A program made the translations under genes and the position numbers. From Candidatus Electronema halotolerans (GTDB taxonomy: Bacteria; Desulfobacterota; Desulfobulbia; Desulfobulbales; Desulfobulbaceae), in NCBI GenBank assembly GCA_942493095.1, contig OW818675.1:330001-362000 (forward strand): a stretch of DNA of 32,000 nucleotides. The letters are read 5' to 3'. Of the stretch, positions 15,164 to 20,717 are shown piece by piece; position 1 is the first letter of the stretch, and each line of letters opens with the position of its first letter. The notes below the pieces were generated by a model. It searched no databases, was not told the DNA's origin, and saw nothing but the letters and a program-made list of their open reading frames with translations.

Positions 15164-16061
15164 AGCGTGGATGGGTAATGGTGAATCGTGAGTGATGGGT
15201 TGAAAATATGTTGAAATTGATGGAAAATATAATATACTGGCGGCAAGGGATGCTCTCTGTCCCATCGGCTCTTCGTCGGATGCGCATGTCAAGCCGTCAT
15301 TATGAAAAAAACAAACATGGAGAAGAAAGCTGTGCAATGCCCAAGATGTGGTTCATCAGTCATTGTGAAAAATGGCTCCAATGCGAATGGGAAAAAGAAA
15401 TTTTTATGTAAGGACTGCTCACGTCAATTCGTTGAGAATCCTCAGAACAAAACAATATCTGATGCTGAATGGCGCATAGTTGATAAGCTTCTTGTTGAAA
15501 GAATCTCATTGGCTGGGATTGCGAGAGCCGTTTCCATCTCAAAAAGATGGCTTCAGGAATATGTTAAAAAAAAACGAAATGAAGTCAAAAAAGAGGCTTT
15601 CAATATGTCCCGCAACGGAAAAATCTTCATCGAAGCCGATGAAATGTGGACTTTCGTTGGTGACAAGGAAAATGATATTTGGATATGGCTTGCTATCGAG
15701 AGAAGAACAAAGCTTATTGTCGGGTATCATGTTGGAAAAAGAGATAATGCAGGAGCAGCCGCCTTGTGGGACTCCCTTTCTGAAGATTGCAAAAAGAACG
15801 GAATATTTTTTACGGATGGACTCGCCGCTTATTCGAGCGTGTTTCCAGCTGAAAGGCATAGAATTGTCAGCAAAGGAAGCGGAAAAACAAGTCATATCGA
15901 AAGGCTCAATTTGACATTCAGACAAAGATTGTCTGCACTTGTCAGAAAGACCATTTCATTTTCGAGAAGCATCGAAAATTTAACTGCATCTGTCTGGAGG
16001 TTCATTCAAGATTATAATAATAATCTTTTGTTTAATTGATCACTCACAGTTCACCATCACC
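15164..16061 (+). mobile_element. IS1-family insertion sequence (898 bp), intact
   Basis: IRL is GGTAATGGTGAATCGTGAGTGAT (15164-15186) and IRR is the reverse complement of GGTGATGGTGAACTGTGAGTGAT (16039-16061), 20/23 identical. A perfect 8-bp direct repeat CGTGGATG flanks it at 15156-15163 and 16062-16069. Confidence 0.85.
15302..16039 (+). CDS. IS1-family transposase, single fused InsA-InsB-type ORF
   Basis: N-terminal zinc finger CPRCGSS...KFLCKDCSRQF and an HTH are followed by the InsB-like DDE region (DEMWTFVGDKENDIWIWLA...FFTDGLAAYSSV...KTSHIERLNLTFRQRLSALVRKTISFSRS). Confidence 0.9.
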   Translation: MKKTNMEKKAVQCPRCGSSVIVKNGSNANGKKKFLCKDCSRQFVENPQNKTISDAEWRIVDKLLVERISLAGIARAVSISKRWLQEYVKKKRNEVKKEAFNMSRNGKIFIEADEMWTFVGDKENDIWIWLAIERRTKLIVGYHVGKRDNAGAAALWDSLSEDCKKNGIFFTDGLAAYSSVFPAERHRIVSKGSGKTSHIERLNLTFRQRLSALVRKTISFSRSIENLTASVWRFIQDYNNNLLFN

Positions 16062-16214
16062 CGTGGATGTGGCCGTTCCGCTCAAGGAGCTGATTGACGT
16101 GGAGGCCGAACTTGATAAGCTGCCCCGCCAGTGACAGAGCAGTATCTCAGCGGGTGCGGGGCTTGGTATGTTTGGCTCATTGTTGCTGCTCATGATTTCA
16201 TTTTCGAGTTACTC

Positions 16215-17051
16215 TCACCCTCCCATCTCTCCCAGCATCTCCTCCAGCAGATCATCCAACCATCTGCCGCCCTCTTCGCAATAACCCCGCAGCTTCTTCT
16301 CAATTTCCGCCTTTATCCCGGCCAAATCAGATTCCTGCCGATGCAGCTCAAGCAGTTTGTTGAGCACCTCCTCCGCCACTTCTTCCAGTGAACTGTCCAT
16401 GCCCCAATCGCCCGAAGCGTGCAGCAGCCGGTCAGCAATCCGCCAGAAAACCCGGATACTGACCGCAGGCGGAGCAGCTTCCGCCTGCTTTATGAACTGC
16501 TCAATCTGCCGGATATGATCCGCTGTGCAGCAATCTTCCTGCGTCGCAGCCCATAGCATTTCGTCAACTAAACGCAGAAAAAGCTGAATGGTCGGCTCTG
16601 CTTCTGGGAAGAAACGGAGCAGCAGGGCCAGCCTGACCTGCGGCTGCTGCCGGACAAGCTGCGTGATCAGCTCTGCCAGCTCCGGCTGAGAGAGCTGCTG
16701 CAACCGTTCTTCAAGCTGGGCCTTGCTCTGTTGCGCTGCTTTGCTGCTGGCAAGCAGCTCTTTCCGCTTGTCAATGAAGAACAGCAGCACAGCCACAACA
16801 TGCTTGCAGGGATAGCCGTCATAAGGACAGTCGCAATCGGCATTGAGCTTAGAGCGGCCTGCTGAAGCAATTTCCACGGTGTAATTGCCGTAATTGCCAA
16901 AGACATTGGCCTCCAGCCGTCCGCTTTCCGCATCAAAAACCGCGTCATAGACTTGGCCGCTCTGGTAGTAGTCAAGGCCGCGCTTGTAAATGGTCTCTCC
17001 GGCAAATTTCTCCACTGCGGCGGCAGTGAGGCTGCTGTTCAATTTCAGCAT
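16215..17051 (-). CDS. SWIM zinc-finger domain protein
   Basis: The SWIM signature is CDCPYDGYPCKHVVAVLL (CxC...CxH), and the remainder is helical with unknown function. ATG 17051 lies 2 nt after the rdgB stop. Confidence 0.75.
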   Translation of the reverse strand: MLKLNSSLTAAAVEKFAGETIYKRGLDYYQSGQVYDAVFDAESGRLEANVFGNYGNYTVEIASAGRSKLNADCDCPYDGYPCKHVVAVLLFFIDKRKELLASSKAAQQSKAQLEERLQQLSQPELAELITQLVRQQPQVRLALLLRFFPEAEPTIQLFLRLVDEMLWAATQEDCCTADHIRQIEQFIKQAEAAPPAVSIRVFWRIADRLLHASGDWGMDSSLEEVAEEVLNKLLELHRQESDLAGIKAEIEKKLRGYCEEGGRWLDDLLEEMLGEMGG

Positions 17052-17053
17052 GA

Positions 17054-17740
17054 TCAAGCCATCCGCTCTGCTGACCAGTCGTTCTGCTCAAACTCGGCAT
17101 GATCCGGCTTAGGCGGCTTAACCTCGCTCATGCGAAGCTGAATCCAGCGCAGTGCCTTGTCCATTTCCTCGGCAAATTCCTGCATGGCCTTGCCCCTGTG
17201 GCTGACCTTGCTCTTCTCCTCCATGCTCACTTCAGCAAAGGTTTTGCCAAAGTCCTCATAATAGAAAACCGGATCATAGCCAAAGCCGGAGCTGCCGCGC
17301 CGTTCCTCAGTAATTTTGCCCTCGCAGCGGCCTTCCCAGGTCAAGGCCGGGCCGTGCGGCACTGCCAGCGAGAGGACGCACTCAAAGCGGGCTGTGCGGT
17401 CGGTCTTGCCATTCATTTCGCGCAGCAGCTTTTCGCAGTTGTCCCAGTCTGTCGCCTTTTCACCGCTGTAGCGGGCTGAATAAACACCGGGAGCGCCGTT
17501 CAGCGCATCTACTGACAAACCGGAATCATCAGCCAGCGCAGGCAGGCCGAGAATCTTGGCATAATGCAGAGCCTTTTTATAGGCATTCTCGTCAAATGTC
17601 GCGCCGTCCTCGACCGCCTCTGGCAGCGGACCGAAATCCTTCAGGCATCTGATCTCCACTGGCGCATCTTTGATCATCTCGCGCAATTCCTTGACTTTGT
17701 TCTGATTGCTGGTGGCCAGCACAATAATATTATGGGTCAT
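17054..17740 (-). CDS. rdgB: Non-canonical purine NTP pyrophosphatase (RdgB/HAM1 family)
   Basis: MTHNIIVLATSNQNKVKEL...ADDSGLSVDALNGAPGVYSAR...GFGYDPVF...SHRGKA. AAGGAG RBS is present. The track ORF start at 17899 is an over-extension. Confidence 0.85.
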   Translation of the reverse strand: MTHNIIVLATSNQNKVKELREMIKDAPVEIRCLKDFGPLPEAVEDGATFDENAYKKALHYAKILGLPALADDSGLSVDALNGAPGVYSARYSGEKATDWDNCEKLLREMNGKTDRTARFECVLSLAVPHGPALTWEGRCEGKITEERRGSSGFGYDPVFYYEDFGKTFAEVSMEEKSKVSHRGKAMQEFAEEMDKALRWIQLRMSEVKPPKPDHAEFEQNDWSAERMA

Positions 17741-17897
17741 AACCAACTCCTTGTCGTGATTTGCAGGAAACAGTGATGCAGCGGTCAGTCCGCTGAACTT
17801 ATGAGAAAAGACTGCATCATACCTGATGCGCAGGAATTTTGCACTCAGTTCAGAAGAAAAATCAGGCGTGGATTGAAGTTGCAGCGGAAGCAAAGGC

Positions 17898-17934
17898 AAA
17901 AAAAACAGCCGTCCTTCTTGCGGAAAGACGGCTG
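17898..17934 (-). terminator. Intrinsic terminator of the CAP-domain gene
   Basis: On the minus strand, CAGCCGTC-tttccgcaagaag-GACGGCTG is followed by TTTTTTTT. Confidence 0.65.
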
Positions 17935-17963
17935 TGCTGATGAAAAGAGAACTGATCTATGGT

Positions 17964-18632
17964 TTAATACGGTCTTTGCCCAACAACATTGCCTGGAGGA
18001 GAGTAACTGCACACCCATATCTGCCCGTTGTCACCGCAGACAGACATGGCGCAGCCGACTTCTTTGGTGGTCTTCCAAACAAGCTGCGTGTAGTGACCAC
18101 AGACCCCGGAACAGCTGTTGTTCGCATAGTTGTAGTCTTTAATCTCGCTTCCCCAAGCACCAACGACATCCTTGGCTGTCTTGGGCGAGAAATCCCGGCG
18201 GCCATCAGACCACATAATGGCGGTGGCCTGATAAATGTTCTCGCCATAGCCGTTGCCGCTGTGATACATGCCGCAGCTGTCGTTCTTGAGATGATCAGCC
18301 CAGCCTTGGGCAATGCCTGCCAGCTTGGCCGACCATCTGAGCGGAGGAGAACCAACCTCCGCCCGCCAGCGGTTGTGCTCGGCTGTCAAGGCAGCCGGGT
18401 CAACACCGCCGCTCCGACTGACTGCTGCGGGGGCAGTTTCCTCTGGAATCACTGATGTTTCCACAGTCCAAATCTCGTCTTCCGCAGCTAAAACGCTGGC
18501 CGAAGGAACAAACGGCTCTGCTGCTTCCGGTTTTGACTGACAGGCTGCAAGAGCGGAAAGCAGCAGAATTCCAGCCATCACGGACATCTTTTTGGGGAGA
18601 TTGCTTCCTCCTGTGAATGTTGCGTTTTTCAT
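17964..18632 (-). CDS. CAP/SCP/PR-1-like domain lipoprotein
   Basis: Signal peptide with lipobox (LLLSALAAC), then a CAP domain with the GHYTQLVWKTT and VCSYSPPGNVVGQRPY signatures. AGGAGG RBS is present. Confidence 0.8.
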   Translation of the reverse strand: MKNATFTGGSNLPKKMSVMAGILLLSALAACQSKPEAAEPFVPSASVLAAEDEIWTVETSVIPEETAPAAVSRSGGVDPAALTAEHNRWRAEVGSPPLRWSAKLAGIAQGWADHLKNDSCGMYHSGNGYGENIYQATAIMWSDGRRDFSPKTAKDVVGAWGSEIKDYNYANNSCSGVCGHYTQLVWKTTKEVGCAMSVCGDNGQIWVCSYSPPGNVVGQRPY

Positions 18633-18815
18633 GATACCCTCCTGGTATGGGTAAAGCAGACAACCCGGCTGTCTCTATTGCGCCAGAGACCCGTGGCTTT
18701 CCGGCACCGCCTCACGACGGTTGTGGCCTTACAACTTTCCAGTGCGGCGACACCGCGTCTCCGCACCAACCAGAAAGTTCTACTAACTCTGCTTGGTTAA
18801 TAAGCAGTTCCTTAT
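18633..18815 (-). promoter_or_regulatory. Roughly 185-nt highly structured 5' leader (candidate riboswitch/cis-regulatory RNA)
   Basis: It lies between a near-consensus promoter and the CAP gene. It contains at least 6 hairpins, mutually exclusive CTGCTT/AAGCAGA/TCTGCTT pairings and an SD-embedding hairpin ATACC-AGGAG-GGTAT. Confidence 0.45.
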
Positions 18816-18821
18816 ACTTTT

Positions 18822-18851
18822 ATTATAGGGCAAAAAAATTGTACCTGTCAA
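18822..18851 (-). promoter_or_regulatory. sigma70 promoter TTGACA-N18-TATAAT (minus strand)
   Basis: Plus-strand tgtcaa at 18846-18851 and attata at 18822-18827. Confidence 0.55.
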
Positions 18852-19029
18852 GTCTTTTTGATAATAATTATCACTTTGCAGTAAATATTTAATCGCATGT
18901 TTATATTTAATTTTTTGAAAAATAAATTCAAAGTTTAAAATATTAAATTATTTTTTTGAACACAAAAAAAATTTTCAGCAGCATTTCTGCGGCGCGGGTG
19001 CCGCTTTTTTCTTCAACCAAGCCGAGCCT

Positions 19030-20547
19030 ATGAAAACACCAAACCAACTTCTTTTGTTCTTTCCAACCCAGCAGCTCACTGCTGTGAAAAATATGCTGGT
19101 GGAACAGCTCTGCCTGCGCGAATGTTCCTCTCTGCCGTTCCAGCAGGTGTTTTTTGACAGCTTTGACTGGCGGCTGCAGCAGAAAAATTTTGTCTGCTTG
19201 CAAAAAGACAGTCAGCTGCATCTGCACGATCTTGCTGGCAGGCCAGCAGCACCGCCCCTGCCGTTGGACGATGATGCGCCGCCCCGTTTCTGGCAGGATT
19301 TGCCTACATCAGCTCTCCAGCAAAAATTAGCTGAGATTGTGGCAATCCGCGCCCTGCTGCCGCAAGCCAAGATTTCCGGCACCGCGACCGAGCTGGAGCT
19401 GCTGGGGCAGGATGAGCAGATTTTTGCCAAAGCCGAGTTGACTGAAATTGGCCCCAACTGCCTGCTGCGTCTGCAAGCGGGCAAAGGCAGCCGGAAACGC
19501 TTCCGCAAATTGGCCCGCAGGCTGAAGCAGCTTGGTGAAATCTGTCCGCTGCCCATGCTGCGCCAGCTTGAGGCTGCCTTGATCGCCGCAGGCCGCAGCC
19601 TTGCCGAATGCGAGCCTGCGGCCCTGCCCGCGCTGGAGCCGGACATGGACAGCCGGGCCGCAGCCAAGCTGATCTGCCGTTCCCTGCTGACGGTCATGCA
19701 GCGCAATCAGCAAGGCGTGATTGACAATATCGACACAGAGTTTCTTCATGATTTCCGGGTGGCCATCCGGCGCACCCGCTCCCTGCTGGCTCTGATGAAA
19801 AATACGTTGGAGCCGGATATTCGCCGCCGCTTCCAAGCCGGATTCCGAACATTGGGCAAAGTCACTGGCCCGGCCCGTGATTTGGACGTGCAATTGCTGA
19901 CTGCGGAAGAATGCCAAACGCGGCTGCCAGAGAGCCTGCACGACGGGCTGGAACGCTTTTTTGCTGACTTGCGGGCCAAACGAAGCCAGGAGCAGATCAA
20001 GCTGACAGAGGGCCTGACTGGGCCGGAATGCCAGACTCTGCTTGCAGACTGGCAGGCGTATCTGGAACAGGACGATGAGGGCAGCGGCAGTGCTGTCGGC
20101 CAAAGCGCGGCAAAAATTATCCGCAAGCAGTTTGCCAAGCTGCTGGAGGGCATTGAGAACCTTGACTGCACCTCTTCTGACGAGGACGTGCATCAAGTGC
20201 GCATCCAAGGAAAAAAACTGCGCTATGCCTTGGAGTTTTTCCGTTCTCTCTATCCAGCCAAAAAAATGGCCCGGCTGATCAAGGACCTCAAGCAGCTTCA
20301 AGATTGTCTGGGACACTGGAATGACCTGTCTGTGCAGGAAAACATGCTGGCCCATTATCTCAGCCAGATTGCGCCGGATGCGGAAGGGGGCGCGCCCCTG
20401 GCCGCTGCGGTCGGCGGTCTCCTGATGGACAGCGACAGCAGACGGCAGCAGGCGCGGGCAGGTTTGGCCGCTGCCTTCCAAAAGTTCACCAGCAAGAAAA
20501 ATCTGCGCCACTGGCAGCAGCTCTTTGGCGCAGCAGCCAGGAAGTAA
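19030..20547 (+). CDS. CHAD domain-containing protein (N-terminal roughly 200 aa of uncertain fold)
   Basis: CHAD helical repeats with the characteristic FLHDFRVAIRRTRSLL and VHQVRIQGKKLRYALEFF motifs. No ExExK CYTH motif is visible in the N-terminal part. Confidence 0.8.
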   Translation: MKTPNQLLLFFPTQQLTAVKNMLVEQLCLRECSSLPFQQVFFDSFDWRLQQKNFVCLQKDSQLHLHDLAGRPAAPPLPLDDDAPPRFWQDLPTSALQQKLAEIVAIRALLPQAKISGTATELELLGQDEQIFAKAELTEIGPNCLLRLQAGKGSRKRFRKLARRLKQLGEICPLPMLRQLEAALIAAGRSLAECEPAALPALEPDMDSRAAAKLICRSLLTVMQRNQQGVIDNIDTEFLHDFRVAIRRTRSLLALMKNTLEPDIRRRFQAGFRTLGKVTGPARDLDVQLLTAEECQTRLPESLHDGLERFFADLRAKRSQEQIKLTEGLTGPECQTLLADWQAYLEQDDEGSGSAVGQSAAKIIRKQFAKLLEGIENLDCTSSDEDVHQVRIQGKKLRYALEFFRSLYPAKKMARLIKDLKQLQDCLGHWNDLSVQENMLAHYLSQIAPDAEGGAPLAAAVGGLLMDSDSRRQQARAGLAAAFQKFTSKKNLRHWQQLFGAAARK

Positions 20548-20626
20548 TCCGCCGCCGCCCCGCCCTTTGCGCCTGCTGAAAATCTCCCTGCAAATAGGAT
20601 ATTTTCGCCAAATTTCTGCTCAATTA

Positions 20627-20635
20627 TGGTATAAT
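20627..20635 (+). promoter_or_regulatory. Extended -10 element TGgTATAAT upstream of gyrB
   Basis: TGGTATAAT lies about 80 nt before the gyrB GTG, and no good -35 is present. The leader contains GGCAGG...CCTGCC and GCCGC...GCGGC stems. Confidence 0.35.
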
Positions 20636-20717
20636 GAGCCGCTTTCGGCAGGCGGCGGGGCACTGCTGCGCAACCCTGCCATATTCCGTCATTAACTCTT
20701 TCTGAGAAGGCATTTAG

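Noticed and set aside
15133-16127. Joining the IS1 flanks gives a short frame SSAELVSSVDVAVPLKELIDVEAELDKLPRQ*, reminiscent of the C-terminal coiled-coil region of valyl-tRNA synthetase
   Set aside because: Only about 30 codons are open (a stop lies immediately upstream). This is too short for a reliable homology call. At best it is a tiny relic, so the IS is treated as inserted in non-coding DNA.
19327-20511. 394-aa minus-strand ORF antisense to the CHAD gene (also 19212-19706 and 19746-20171)
   Set aside because: Same shadow-ORF explanation. The CHAD frame carries the recognisable motifs and this one carries none.
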